DNA of 64,000 nt from Chiloscyllium plagiosum (GCF_004010195.1 NC_057719.1:23183686-23247685), one strand, 5' to 3'. Shown: positions 25,306 through 39,329, counted from the stretch's first letter. Made by a program: numbers and translations. Notes: a model not told the origin generated them from the letters alone.

Positions 25306-26814
25306 TAGTGCTTTTTAAAGATGGTGTCTAACAGGAAGAGAAAGGAAGACTTCAGTTCTCTAGGAACAGGGCTTTGCCTCGCTAGAAAAATGAAAATTGT
25401 TTGATGAAGCACTATACTATAAAATGAGCTCAGCCGTATAGTTCAGAGCAATAGGCTGTGCAGAGTTAAATGAGGCACAATTGAAAGAACAGAAATCCTG
25501 AAGGTTGGATCTGGGAACAGGGAAAAGAAAAGTTCTATTACTTTGTAGGAACGGATTAATCAGGATTGACTGTTTCGTAGAGGACTGTGGCCATGGGAAC
25601 TCGCTTTGTCGACCATGGCTGTCAGGGAACCTCAGTGGTTGGATCTTGTATGGAGGAAGGAACTGGAATTCTATTTGAGAAAGCCAGACTCTGAATTACT
25701 TTGTAAACCACGGTTTCATTTTGCTTGGAAGATTACCAATAAATCTCTGAGATCGATCTCTGGTACATCTGTTATTTAAAGTAGAGTTTGTAGTTTATAT
25801 TTATTATAAGACATTTGTTAGTTCATGTTTACTCAAGGTTAATTTTGGTTTGATTGTTAAGTAAAAGCTTGGTAAAGTGAAATCCTACTGTCTGTTTTCC
25901 CATTTGGTTCTTTTAGTTTGTTGAACTCCATAGGAATTGTCATATCAGAGGCCAAATCATTTATCAATTTACAATTTAGGAATTCATTGATATTTCTTGT
26001 GAAAAGTATGACACCAAAAATGGATCTGTATTCGTATTTATAACTAATTGATTTACACATTATGGAGCTTTTGGTACTTGGTTCATCTTACATAGTCTGA
26101 TTGAGTGAAACCGATTCATTCACAATTTGGCTATCACCATGAGCAAAGTACAGTAACTGGGTTGAAAGCTCATGTCAGGTATATATATATGATTTCTAAA
26201 ACTTGACAAATTTAAGCCAATAGACAAACCTCTGAAACAGTCTTGAAACCTCCTGAAATTTCTTGACATCTAAGTTTTGCCACTATTAGCAATAGTTGTA
26301 TAACGCTCAACTTCACTGGATTTATTGTTACAAAGCAGTAAGTGGGACACAAAAGAGTTCAAATATAGACAAATTGACCTTATTTTGAGTTTTAATCCAA
26401 AATGACTTCTGGAGTTTGGTTATGCAAGGGAACAAAACTCTTAGTACTGACTGGGCCATTGAAGGAGAAAAAGACTCTGGAAAATGTTATGAATGTGTCA
26501 GTGTTCCTAAATTTTTATTCGTATTCATGACAAATCACAATTTCCATGGATGAAACTAAATTCTTAATAAACTGAAGGCTATAATTTAATTGTACAATGA
26601 ATGAGAATAACATGCCTCAAGCTAACAATGGAAGCTGATACATTCAGATTAAGCACCTGAGGTCAGCTGAATACAAATCATACGTTCCCTCACTCTTTAA
26701 TAGTTGGACAATCGCCATACTGCCAACAACAAATACTTTCATTTATTATTTGTCAGAAATATATGTTCCTATCCCCAGCAAGGAACCTGAAACCAGAATA
26801 ACTAAATTTACTCA

Positions 26815-27095
26815 TTTTTTTAATGGGATGTAGATGTTGTTAGCTCAGCCAGGATTTATTGCCCATCCCGACCTATGCTGGAGAAGGTGTCAGTGAGCTA
26901 CTCCACGAGCTCCAACATCCTGATGGTGTAGGGGCACCCACTGTGTTGTTAGGAAGTGAATGCTAGGATTTTGATGCAGTGACAAAGAAGGAAAAGTGAT
27001 ACAGTTCCAAATCAAGATGTTGTGTGACTTAATGAGAACTTGAAGGTGCAATTGTACCTATGGATCTACTGCCATTGAACTTCTAGGACTTAGGA
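26815..27095 (-). mobile_element. 3' end of a second LINE family (LINE-B, CR1/L2/Jockey group)
   Basis: Reverse complement of the 39400-39660 and 32745-32895 sequence. Confidence 0.7.
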
Positions 27096-27412
27096 GATGC
27101 ATTAAATCTCCGAAGGCTTCAAAGATTTGTCACAACTGGCTTATGCAGAGGGTTTTGTCCAGTGAAGCAACAATGTTGCAGAGCTGCCAAAGTTTAACTG
27201 ATCAAATTCTTGTGGTACTTAATGATTCAGTTGGTGGGTATTAGCACTTTTAATCAGTGTCAGTGCCTCAAGCCTCATGCTATGTGAACAATTTTAAAAA
27301 TGTAGTGTTTGAAATAAGAAATTATTAAATTTTACTCAATTACCTGCAAAAGAAACTTATAGATGACATACTTGGTCACAGTTCTTTAACAGATGGTTTG
27401 TTCCAAAATTAA

Positions 27413-27702
27413 TTAGATTCCCTACAGTGAGGAAAAGGCCATTCAGCCCAAGAAGTCCACATCGACCCTCCGAAGATTAATTCACCAAGACCCATTCCCC
27501 TATATTTACCCCTGACTAATGCACCTAACACTGTGGACAATTTAGTATGGCCCATTCACCTGATCTGCACATCTTTGGACTGTGAGAGGATACCCACACA
27601 AACACAGGGAGACGTCACACAGACAGTCGCCCAAGGTGGGAATCAAACCCAGGTCTCTGGCACTGTGAGGCAGCAGTGCTAACCACTGAGCCACTGTGCC
27701 AC
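27413..27702 (-). mobile_element. HE1-like V-SINE
   Basis: Same architecture as 18629-18916. Confidence 0.92.
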
Positions 27703-29082
27703 ATTAGTAGGGTATGGAATGGTAGAATTGGCATTTTCTTTGGAATGCATCTGAATTTAGCAGATAGGGAACTGGTTATTGCCATTGACATTGACGCTAC
27801 CTTCTCTTTGGCATTGTCTCCTCTTACCCTGTCATTTATTTGCTATTCTAGTCTTGCATTTCAGGTATTTTGTAATCCTTATCACTGCCTTTGCATATAT
27901 GCAGGATGTTATCATAATAATATTGCAACACTAGTACAAGCATCTTCAAAAGAAATTATCAATTTTCCTGAATGTGTTATTTCCAACTCAAAGGGAGTCA
28001 CTTGTGATAAAGCAGCCTTAGGCCCTTCATAGGAGTGGCAGGTGGCAAGTAACATTCATGCCATACAGGTGACAGGCCATGACCATCGCCAACACAAGTA
28101 AATCTAGCTGTCAGTCTTTGATATTTAATGACGTGACCCTGACTGAATCACCCACTATCACATTCTGAGAGTCACCATGAACTGTGACAACAAAAAACAA
28201 TTGTGGCTTCAAGAGCAGGCTAGAGGCTAGGAACTCTGCAGAGACTAACTCACCTCCTGACTCCTCAGATCTTGTCCACCACCGACAAGGCACAAGTCAG
28301 GAGTATAATGAAATATTTCTCACTTGACTGGCTAAGTGAAAATCAAACAGCTAATATCATCCAGGCCAAAACAGTCTCCTTGAATGATACCATTTCAAAA
28401 AATATTCACTCCCTCCAACATGACTGCCCAGTAACAACAGTGTTTATTATCGAGAAGATATACTCCAGAAATTCACCAAGGCTCCCTCAACACACCTTCC
28501 AAATCCATCACCTAAGAGGCCAAAGGTACATGAGAACATCACTGCCTGCAAGTTCCCTTCTACACCACTCACTATCATGGCTTGGAAATGCACGGTGGCT
28601 CAGTGGTTAGAACTGCTGCCTCACAGCACCAGAGAGTCATAGAGACGTACAGCATGGAAACAGACCCTTCGGTCCAACCCGTCCATGCCGACCAGATATC
28701 CCAACCCAATCTAGTCCCACCTGCCAGCACCTGGCCCATATCCCTCCAAACCCTTCCTATTCATATACCCATCCAAATGCCTCTTAAATGCTGCAATTGT
28801 ACCAACCTCCATCACTTCCTCTGGCAGCTCATTCCATACATGTACCACTCTCTGTGTGAAAAAGTTGTTCCATAGGTTTCTTTTATATCTTTCTCCTCTC
28901 ACCTTAAACCTATGCCCTCTAGTTCTGGACTCCCCGACACCAAGGAAAAGACTTTGCCTATTCACCCGATCCATGCTCCTCAGCCTCCGACACTCAAGGA
29001 AAAACAGCCCCAGCCTGTTCAGCCTCTCCCTGTAGCTCATATCCTCCAACCCTGGCAACATCCTTGTAAATCTTTTCTGAAC

Positions 29083-29220
29083 NNNNNNNNNNNNNNNNNN
29101 NNNNNNNNNNNNNNNNNNNNNNNNNNNNNNNNNNNNNNNNNNNNNNNNNNNNNNNNNNNNNNNNNNNNNNNNNNNNNNNNNNNNNNNNNNNNNNNNNNNN
29201 NNNNNNNNNNNNNNNNNNNN
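29083..29220. other. Assembly gap (138 N) inside the CR1
   Basis: Run of n. Confidence 1.
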
Positions 29221-32200
29221 TTACCATTAAGTGTATAAGTCCTGCTAAGATTTGCTTTCCCAAAATGCAGCACCTCGTATTTATCTGAATTAAACTCCAT
29301 CTGCCATTTCTTAGCTCATTAGCCCATCTGGTCCAGATCCTGTTGTAATCTGAAGTAACCTTCTTCGCTGTCCACTACACCTCCAATTTTGGTGTCATCT
29401 GCAAACTTACTAACTGTACCTCTATTACTCGCATCCAAATCATGTATGTAAATGTCAAAATGTAGGGGACCCAGTGCTGATCCTTGTGGCACTCCACTGG
29501 TCACAGGCCTCCAGTCTGAAAAACAACCCTCCACCACCATCCTCTGTCTTCTACCTTTGAGCCAGTTCTGTATCCAAATGGCTAGTTCTCCCTGTATTCC
29601 ATGAGATCTAACCTTGCTAATCAGTCTCCCATGGGGAACCTTGTCGAATGCCTTACTGAAGTCCATATAAATCATATTTACTGCTCTGTCCTCTTTGTTA
29701 CTTCCTCAAAAAACTCTATCAAGTTTGTGAGACATGATTTTGCATGCACAAAGCCATGTTGACTATCCCTAATCAGTTCTTGCCTTTCCAAATACATGTA
29801 CATCCTGCCCCTCAGGATTCCCTCTGACAACTTGCCACCACCGGCGTCAGGCTCACCGGTCTATAGTTCCCTGGCTTGTCTTTACCGCCCTTCTTAAACA
29901 GTGGTACCACCTTAGCCAATCTCCAGTCTTCCGGCACCTCACCTGTGACTATCGATGATACAAATATCTCAGCCAGAGGCCCAACGATCACTTCTCTAGC
30001 TTCCGACAGTTATCTCGGGTATGCCTGATCGGGTCCTGGAGATTTATTCATCTTTACCCGTTTCAAGACTCCAGCACTTCCTCCTCTGTAATATGGACAT
30101 TTTACAATATGTCACCATCTATATTCCTACAGTCAGTATCTTCCATATCCTTTTCCACAGTAAATACTGATGCAAGATACTCATTTAGTATCTCCCCCAT
30201 TTTCTGCAGCTCTACACAAAGGCAACCTTGCTGATCTTTGAGGGGCCCTATTCTCTCCCTAGTTGCCCTTTTGTCCTTAATGTATTTGTAAAAACTCTTT
30301 GGATTCTCCTTAATTCTATTTGCCAAAGCTATCTCACGTCCCCTTTTTGTCCTCCTGATTTCCCTCTTAAGTATACTCCTACTTCCTTTATACTCTCCTG
30401 AGGATTCACTCGATCTATCCTGTCTATACCTTACATACGCTTCCTTCTTTTTCTTAACCAAACTCTCAATTTCTTTAGTCATCCAGCATTTCCTATAGTT
30501 ACCAGTCTTCCCTTTCACCCTAACAGGAATATACTTTCTCTGGATTCTTGTTAACTCATTTCTGAAAGCTTCCCATTTTCCAGCCATCCCTTTACCTGCG
30601 AAGTTCTGCCTCCAATCAGCTTTCGAAAGTTTTTGCCTAATACCATCAAAAGTGGCCTTTCTCCAATGTAGAACTTCAACTTTTACGTCTGGTCTATCCT
30701 TTTCCATCATTACTTTTAATCTAATAGAATTATGGTCACTGGCCCCAAAGTGATCCCCCACTGACACCTCAGTCACCTGCCCTGCCTTATTTCCCAAGAG
30801 TAGGTCAAGTTTTACACCTTCTCAAGCAGGTACATCCACATACTGAATCAGAAAATTGTCTTGTACACACTTTACAAATTCCTCTCCATCTAAACCTTTA
30901 ACACTCTGGCAGTCCCAGTCTATGTTTGGAAAGTTAAAATCCCCTACCATAACCAGTCTATTAGCTGAGATCTCCTTACAAGTTTATTTTTCAATTTCCC
31001 TCTGACTATTAGGGGGTCTATGATACAATCCCAATAAGGTGATCATCCCTTTCTTATTTCTCAGTTCCGCCCACATAACTTCCCTGGATGTATTTCCAGG
31101 AATATCCTCCCTTAGCACTGGTGTAATGCTATCCCTTATCAAAAATGCTACACCCCCTCCTCTCTTTCCTTTCGGATATGTATCCTGGACCATTAAGCTG
31201 CCAGTCCTGCCCATCCTTGAGCCATGTTTCTGTAATTACAATGATATCCTAGTCCCATGTTCCTAACCATGCCCTGAGTTCATCTGCCTTCCCTGTTAGG
31301 CCCCTTGCATTGAAATAAATGCAGTTTAATTTATTAGTCCTACCTTGTCCCTGCCTGCCCTGACTGTTTGACTCGCTTCTGTTCTCAACTGTCCCAGTCT
31401 CAGATTGATCTCTTTCCTCACTATCTCCCTGAGTCCCACTACCCCCCCCACACGCACCTCTACCAATTTGAATCCTCCCGAACAGCTGTAGCAAATTACC
31501 CTGCCAGTATATTAGTCCCCTTCCAATTTAGGTGCAATCCGTCCTTCTTGTACAGGTCTCTTCTACCCCAAAAAAGATTCCAATGATCCAAAAATGTGAA
31601 TCCTTCTCCCATACACCAGCTCCTGACTAGAGAATCCCCTAACACAATTGATCTCTTGGAACCCGACGTACCCCTTGTTGCATTAGAGCCAGTCTCATTA
31701 CCAGAAACTTGGCTGTTTGTGCTCTAATCGAGAATCCATCACCCTCTACATTTTCCAAAACAGCATACCTGTTTGAAATGGGTATAGCCACAAAAGACTC
31801 CTGCACTAGCTGCCTACCTTTCTTAGCTTTCCTGGAGTTAACCCATCTATGTGACTGTATCTGAGACTCCTCCCTCCCCGCCTTCTTATAACTGCTATCC
31901 ACCACATACTGTTGCTGTTGCAAGTTCCTCATTGCTTCTAACTGTCTCGCCAACCGATCCATTCGATCTGATAAGATTCGCAGCCAACAGCAATTATGGC
32001 AGATATAATCCGCAGTAATCCTTAAACTCTCCTTAGACTCCCACATCTGACAAGAAGTACATATCGCTCTATTAAAGCCATTTTTGCTCCTTCACAGTCT
32101 ACAGACCCAAAAAATAACACCATCTTATTCCTCTATAAACACTGCCCAGGTTAATTTAATAGTTATGGCTTATACTTTAAGTTTAAATAAGAGACATATC

Positions 32201-32423
32201 TCCAAAAACATATAATCAAGAAAGAACCTACTCCACTCACTACTACAGATTCTCTGTAGGCCACACTTAAAACAACGATTAATTTATCTGATTCTGTGCT
32301 GTGAACTTTGCCCAACAGTTCCTTCTAGATCAGTTGTGAATTTCACTGTTTTTAATTTTCCCAGATGCACACCGATGTCCAATGATACATGAATTCAAAC
32401 AGCAAAGGCAGTAACTGTGCAGT

Positions 32424-32451
32424 TCTCTCTCTCTCTCTCTCTCTCTCTCTC
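32424..32451. repeat. (CT)n microsatellite in the CR1 5' UTR
   Basis: Direct reading. Confidence 0.95.
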
Positions 32452-32944
32452 CTGCAATAACCTCAACATGTGCTTTCCAAGGTTTGATCCCAGCCTCGGG
32501 TGACTGTCTATGTGGAGTTTACACGTTCTCCCCCGTGTCTGTGTGGGTTTCCTCCGGGTGCTCCGGTTTCCTCCCACAATCCAAAGATGTGCAGGTTAGG
32601 TGATTGGCCATGCTAAATTGTCCATAGTGTTAGGTGTATTAGTCAGAGGGAAATGGATTCTGGGTCAGTTTGTCTTTGGAGGGTCGGTGTGGATTGGTTG
32701 GGCCAAAGGACCTGTTTCCACACTGTTAAGAATCTAAAAAAAAAGTTCCTTCCTAATGGCATAATGGATGCACCTACACCAAATGGACAGCAGTGGTTCA
32801 AGAGGCAGCTCACCGCCACCTTCTCAAGGGTAACTAGAGATGGGCAATAACTGCTGGCCCGGCCTCTAAAGTCCCAGTCCTGAATGAATAAACAAAAGGC
32901 AACATTTACAGCAGATAACAAGAAAGTGGTCAAATTGGTAAATT

Positions 32945-33380
32945 CTTAAAAGTAGACTCGTGAAGAAGTTTAGGGAGGCAATTCCCAACCTTTGGGCCTC
33001 AGTAACTAAAGACGTATCGAGCAGTGTTGCAAATGACTAAAATTCAGGTTCCTTGCAATGTAAGAATTCACAGAGTGTACATATCTAGGGCAACTGTAGG
33101 GATGGAAGAGATTGAAGAAAGAGGGAGAGTACAGATCAGGAAGGGATTTTAAAGCAAGAATGAGACTATGAAATTGTGGTATTGCTTATCAGGGAGCCCA
33201 TATAGATCAGTAAGCCTAGGAATGAAGAGTAAATGGAACTTAGAACATATGTAGCAAAGATTTAGATGGTTTTACAATTGTAGAGTTTAGAATGTTGGAG
33301 TCAAGTCTATTCAAGTCTGGGAATAACAAACTCAAGAATGAGGATTTCACTAACTAATAAACAGTAGCAAGGACAGAGGG
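32945..33380 (-). mobile_element. Old L2-like LINE fragment
   Basis: Resembles 46490-46730 and the reverse of 39055-39310; family call from general appearance only. Confidence 0.45.
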
Positions 33381-34695
33381 TAAGTGAAACTGTGAATCAA
33401 ATTTGTTAGAAGAAAGTAATTCACACCAAGGTAAAATAATAAATGGCTGCACATTGTACTGTATACCTGACAATATTCTGAATTAAATCAATCCACTCCA
33501 CAGTTTGAGGATTGTCTGCCAAAATTTTTAAAGAGAGAGATTTCATGCTGTTTTTCTTCAAATGCATCTTTGCACATCACAGCACAAAATAAAAATGCAG
33601 TTAACTTTAATGACCTGAAGATCATCAGATTGCTGTTTTCATTGAAGTAGACACCAGTTCCCTTGAAGACCATAAGTTGTTTCTTCCTCAACAGGCTAGT
33701 AATTATAATCTTAATTAGTTCCATAACTGAATGGTAGCTCCCATCTCTAACTGGAATGATGTATGTATATATACATAAGGATCAGATTTAATTCAAAACC
33801 TTTTGAAATTTCTATCTCACTATGTTAATAATTCTCCCAATCATAAATGAATGAGGCAAACAGGTATAACATAAAAAAAGGACAAATTTGTATATGTTAA
33901 CACTCTCAAACTCTTAAGTGGATAAATATTGTCTCATCAATATTTTGTACAACATTATCTGCAGATCCTGAAACAGAGAGATACATTATGAATGTACATT
34001 AGCAACATAAGAATATACAAAGGAGTATATTTGAAATATTGTTGTAGTTGAAGTGACTTCGTTGAATCTGCTGGTGCTAATACGAAGAGTTAATAGGTTA
34101 TAAAACATTATTTTATTTGCATTTTATTGGTCCCGTTTAAATAGAAAACAAGGGGTTTTATGTAAATGTGGTCATATATTTATTGCTAGCATCATGGAGA
34201 CCACATTTAAACTAGACGTCATAAAATGTTACTGTGTACTTAGTTCTCATCAAGCAAATATAAGAAACTTTATAAGAAGAATGAATCTTTTTAATCTTAT
34301 AGCAATTACCATTAAAATGCGAGAAACTTGCAATATTTAGTACCATAATATTCCCTCTTCAACAGTTAGGTCAAGCTGAGCCTAGAGACAGCTTCAGAGA
34401 GAAATCCAAATCTGAAATGGCCTTGAGGCTGCAAGGAGAGAACATGGGGATCAAAGTGAGAGAAAAACTGCAGAATGGATGAATTAGACCAACAAGGACC
34501 AAACTAAAGGGGTGTATCTGGTTGTCTAGATCTTTGTTTAAGTATTTAGAGATTGTTATGTTTCCTCTGTTTGTAATAAAAACACTGCAGGAGGATCCAT
34601 TATCTCATACATTCACCTTGAATTGCCCCCAACAGAAAACTTCAAACATCAGAATGCTGCACAGGCACTTCTGTAGCAAATTAGTGCATACATCA

Positions 34696-35036
34696 TAGAG
34701 ACCCTACAATATGGAAGCAGGCCATTCAGCCTATAACGTTCACACCAGCCCTCCAGAGAACTTCCCACCAAGATCCTCCCCGTCTCTGTAACCCTGCATT
34801 TCCCATGGTTAATCCACACAGCCTTGGACACTATGAGCAATTTAGCATGGCCAGCCTACCTAACATGCACATCTTTGGACTGTATGAAGAAACTGGAGCA
34901 CCCTGAGGACACCCACGCAGAGAGAGGGACAACACAGGTGCACACTCCACACAGACAGTCACCCAAGGCTGGAATCAAACCTGGGTCCCTAGTGCTGTGA
35001 GGCATCAGTGCTAACCACTGAGCTACCATGCTGCCC
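34696..35036 (-). mobile_element. HE1-like V-SINE
   Basis: tRNA-like head at 34975-35036 and conserved central domain. Confidence 0.9.
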
Positions 35037-35321
35037 TGGTGAAATAGTTTACATTACTATGGTTATACATTTCTTAAGAATAATGACTTTTACAATGACA
35101 CGCAGCATTTAAAAGCTACATCATAAATATGTTTGCATGGATATACTAAGTAAGTATATATTTGTATGCCAATATAGTGTCAATATTCAGTCAGGAACTC
35201 ATACTTCCAGATTCATTTTGAAGTGTTTTCCAACAAAAGTAATGCTAGGCATTCAAGAGGTGATCACAAATTGAATGAATGCAATTGAAGATATAACTGT
35301 TATATTAAACCTTTGTACAGT

Positions 35322-35660
35322 GTATCGTGGTAATATCACTGCACTAGTAATTCAAGACCCCAGGCTAATGTTCTGGGACAAAGTTTCGAGTCGGAATAGT
35401 AGATGATCGAAATAGAAATCTATAAGCATCAGAAATTAAAAGCTGGCCAAGAGGGCGCCATACAACCACTGTCATTTGTTGTAAAATCCCTTCCAATCCA
35501 CTAATGCCCTTTCTAGAAGAAAACCTATCATCCTTACCTCATTTACATGTGACTCCAGACTTATTGCACTGTAGTTAAATCTTAATTATTCTCTGGACAA
35601 TTTGGGTGGGGCAATAAACAGCTAGTGATGCCCACATCCAACAAACAAATAATAAAATCT
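35322..35660 (+). mobile_element. SINE family 2
   Basis: gtggtaatatcactgcactagtaatt...acatgtgactccagac...ggcaataaa...cccacatcc. Confidence 0.8.
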
Positions 35661-35679
35661 TGCTGATTAAAAATAGCTT

Positions 35680-35840
35680 ACATAAGAAACTGAAGCAGAA
35701 ATTCAGCTCCTCTTGCCTCCACCACCATTTATAAGATCATGGCTGATCTGCCTTCAAGCCTCAAGTCCTTTTTCATGCCAAGTTCTTCATTGCCTTCAAC
35801 TCCTTAATGTTTTAACAATCTATCTACCTTTTCTTTAAAT
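35680..35840 (-). mobile_element. CR1 3' end remnant
   Basis: cataagaa...ataagatcatggctgatc, as in 47812-47900. Confidence 0.6.
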
Positions 35841-36103
35841 CCTCCTTTCAATGCCCAATTTAGATCTGAACTTCACTGGAACTAGGTAAATAGCAGACTT
35901 GCAGTGGTTGTACAGAGATAACAGAACTGAACTTCAATATTATAGTGAAATGCAAATTTCTTCTATCCCTCAGCGAAGTGCTACTTCCATTTGGTCTGGT
36001 GTGTAGATGACACTACACTACATGATAGACTACATCAGTGTCTGATGCAGCCCAGCAAAATATATAAGCGTACAAACAGTTGCCTGACATTCCCAAAAAT
36101 ACA

Positions 36104-36340
36104 CTAGATAAAAACAAGGACTGCAGATGCTGGAAACCAGAGTCTAGATTAGAGTGGTGCTGGAAAAGCACAGCAGGTCAGGCAGCATCCAAGGAGCAGG
36201 AAAATCAACATTTCGGGCAAAAGCCCTTCATCAGGAATAGAGGCAAGGTGCCTGCAGAGTGGAGAGATTATCAAAACATCGATTTTCCTGCTCCTCGGAT
36301 GCTGCCTGACCTGCTGTGCTTTTCCAGCACCACTCTAATC
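36104..36340 (-). mobile_element. Hairpin mini-PLE (family A) with a hammerhead
   Basis: Reverse complement CTGATGAagggcttttgcccGAAA at 36210-36235; 16-bp TSD CATT(C/T)CCAAAAATACA at 36088-36103 and 36341-36356. Confidence 0.9.
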
Positions 36341-39329
36341 CATTTCCAAAAATACAGGCAATACTTTAGTCCTGTCGTAATTGCTGACATCCCAAAAACA
36401 CTTACAAATCAGAGCTGATAGAAGAGAGATCTGCTGTAAACTAATCCCAGTAATAATTCTGTGACATTTCAACTCTGCCCCTCCCTGTATCTATCTGTGG
36501 GAAAATCTGCAAGTGACTTCTGGATGCAGGTAGTAAGAAAACAATGATGATCTTCTCAACCAAATATCTTGCCAACAGTCTATTGACCAAGGTTACATGT
36601 AAAGAATGGTAGCTTGCATTAAATACCAAACGATTAGGATGCTCATTGAATTGCACCTCAGCAGCAGTTATTACTTCAAAATGAAGGAGAGAAAGGGAGG
36701 AAGGTTGTTTTGACAAAAATAAGAACAAAGGGAGACAATTAAAAAGAGCTAAGATTATATCCAGCTTTAATTAATTGGTTGTAAGCTCTAAATGGCCAGA
36801 TAAACTTCAAAATTAAAAGAAAATCCTCTAACACATCGAACACATGGAACAATATATGTACTCAGTTTTGACTATATCTCTTTGCTTCATTCTTTTCAGA
36901 GACTCATGTAGCTTTTATTCTGACTCAATTTTCTCTGCTCTGTTCAGTGACTGAATTTATTACTATCCAAACACTCTTTGTGCCTGCCTAGGTAATAGGT
37001 TATTAATAGAATATAATAGTTAAAATCATAATAACAATCTTTGGCAAGTTATATGTTAATTGTTGCGATGTGTTTGTCAAAGCCATCACACTCTATTGCT
37101 TGGACCATTTGTTCTCTTTCTACTTACAACTTGTCTGTTTCTCTTCTCTGGCTCTTTGGTCTGTATTTACCTCTGGTCATCTAACCAATTTGGCATTCAA
37201 CTCCTAGTTATTTCTATCTTGCCTTCGCACTGTGCCTTCCTCGTGTTTCCTTGCAGTTCCACTTCCAGCATTATCTTCTATCCTTATTCTGTCACATTCA
37301 ATCTCTAATACTGGTCCATTCTTTCCTGTTCCATGGTTCTGATGCAAGTTTCATTATATTTTTACAGATAATGATTTCCTGAACATTTTTTATTGTCTTT
37401 CATGTGTGTCATCTGACTGCTAATACAAAATAAGCCCAGCAACACTGACAACTGAATCTCGTCAGGTAATTCCCACAAGAATTACAATTTGGAATATTCA
37501 AACTCTGGGGAAACAAAGTCTGCATAAAGTAAGCAAACTTTCATGAACAATGTGATAATAATGAAGCAAATTCAGCAAAAAAATGTACACTACATCCGTA
37601 TAAATGGAATACATACTGAGACTGTGCAGAATAATGAAAAGTAATGTCTTGTAGAATGATGTCTGTCAGTTCATAAATTATACAGCAATAGTTTATCTCC
37701 CATCTCCTATTATTTCATGACTGTCTAGTTTATTTCCATAGACTAAATAAAAATAAAGTAATTGGACTTCACAGTTTGATGAAGTGATAATGTATGCACT
37801 GTAAAATCCATTATGAAAACAGAAAAGGATGGAAATATGCAACACATCATTAAACATCAGAAAGAGAAAGATAAATAACATTTCAGGTGTTAGTTCTAAT
37901 TAAATCCCTTTTGGGTAAAGTCACAAGATGGACTCCTATTTCAATTAGTTTCAAATCAATCGTAAACATTGAACAGATCAATTTTGCAGTCTGGGTCTCA
38001 TCTGCATGAATTTAGTGAATGACAGACAAAAACCCTGCCCTATTGTGTGATGCAGATTTGAGAATTTTGATCATCTTTCAAGATCCTTTGATGCTGCCTC
38101 CTGACTGAGCAAGGATAGAAACATCCCACCTCTGGCAGTGAGCCAGTTATCAGTTTGGTCATCGAGTATTTGTGTTTTTGTACAGTCATACAACAAATGC
38201 TGCACAAACTTGTACTAAAAAAATTACAGATCAAAATTGGTTAGGATCATTTCACAGAAAAAAGTGCAGTGTTCGCTTCCTGTTCAGTGAGAGAGGCTAT
38301 TCAATTCACACATTAAAAGGAACACTCACAAAATAACACATTATATATGGATGCTACCCAAAATAGCTGAGCATTACAATTGTCCATCTAAAGGCCCCAG
38401 CCAATTTTGCGATCACTAGAGAGCCAGCAATAAATAGAGTAATATGTAACTTATGCCAGTTTTAGTTTATCAGCAGCTCATTTATGCCAAGAAACCAGTT
38501 AAAATCAACCCTAGGAGTGGGAGAATCTCCAAAACAATTCACCCCCCCCCCCCCCCCCCCCCAGCAACTTCACACCATGAACAAAAACAGGCATCTATAA
38601 ATTTCAGTCACTCTGCTATGTCCTCTCTCACATGAATAACTGCATCTGTACTGGGGATGCTGTGCATAATGTATTGTGATAAACCAAAAATAACACACAT
38701 TATAAAGGATGTATGCAAAATTAGATGGAATTATTAATGCTGTTTCAATCACTAGAATTGATTTCCACCAAATCAATCCTCTGAAGATAATCTCTGTGAG
38801 GATTGTCCACATATCAGAAAGAAAAGACCAACCATTTCCTATCTACCCTTGCAGTCAAGTTCAGTACAATGATGAAGCATGGGTTGTTAAATATATGATT
38901 GTGTCAATATGATGTGCTTCAATTTGTTCAATTATTCTTAAAGAAGGTTTCTTCGAGAAGAGGAAGTAACTATAAATTGATATTTTACTGCATTTTAGCA
39001 ACTTTTTAGCAAGCTCTGTAAACATTACAGCCCAATAGCTCACTGAGATATTTGTACTCATCTAATTTGCACCTCTTGAGCATCTCTGATGTTAATTGTT
39101 CCACCATTGGTCTTTGGGCCTTCAATTTCTAAGGCCTAAGCTAAACCTCTCCACCTATCTTTCCTCCTTTAATACATCTCATAAAATTTATCTTATTGAA
39201 TTTCTACTTTAATTTCCTCTTACGTGATTTGGTGTCAAATTTAGCTTTATGAGGCTTTTATAGAATTCTTTATGTTAGTTTGTGTTAAAAGCATTAAATA
39301 AGCAAAACTTATATAGCAGTAGTGGCATC

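Larger units (their letters stand above)
28632..32470 (-). mobile_element. Near-full-length CR1 (HER1-like) LINE, inactivated
   Basis: 5' UTR; ORF1 (Cys motif, coiled coil, ISNRYAVL, GDS, DGLHL); ORF2 APE (YFNARGL, GDFN, SDHN) and RT ([23 protein letters not shown]); 3' tail; multiple stops and frameshifts. Confidence 0.95.
28589..32735 (+). mobile_element. HE1-like SINE (head 28589-28631, remainder 32478-32735) split by a CR1
   Basis: gcacggtggctcagtggttag...cacagcacca stops at the LINE tail and resumes with ggtttgatcccagcctcgggtgac. Confidence 0.88.
28030..32895 (+). mobile_element. LINE-B 3' fragment (28030-28588 + 32745-32895) split by a SINE and a CR1
   Basis: WQVTF.P...AMTI and KAQVRSIM.Y..L.W motifs; 3' tail gggcaataa...gaatgaataaa. 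Confidence 0.75.

Noticed and set aside
25330..25960. Possible solo LTR-like segments (also 14230-14840 and 15380-16450)
   Set aside because: No TG..CA ends, TSD, PBS or second copy that I could verify
33890..33985. Minus-strand splice-acceptor-like site (ctctctgtttcag)
   Set aside because: Frames close quickly and there is no supporting donor site or homology
38005..38040. ACAAAAACC nonamer suggesting an immunoglobulin RSS
   Set aside because: No CACAGTG heptamer at a 12/23 spacing and no V/D/J segments nearby
38542..38562. Poly-C run, possible G-quadruplex on the minus strand
   Set aside because: Simple homopolymer with no supporting context
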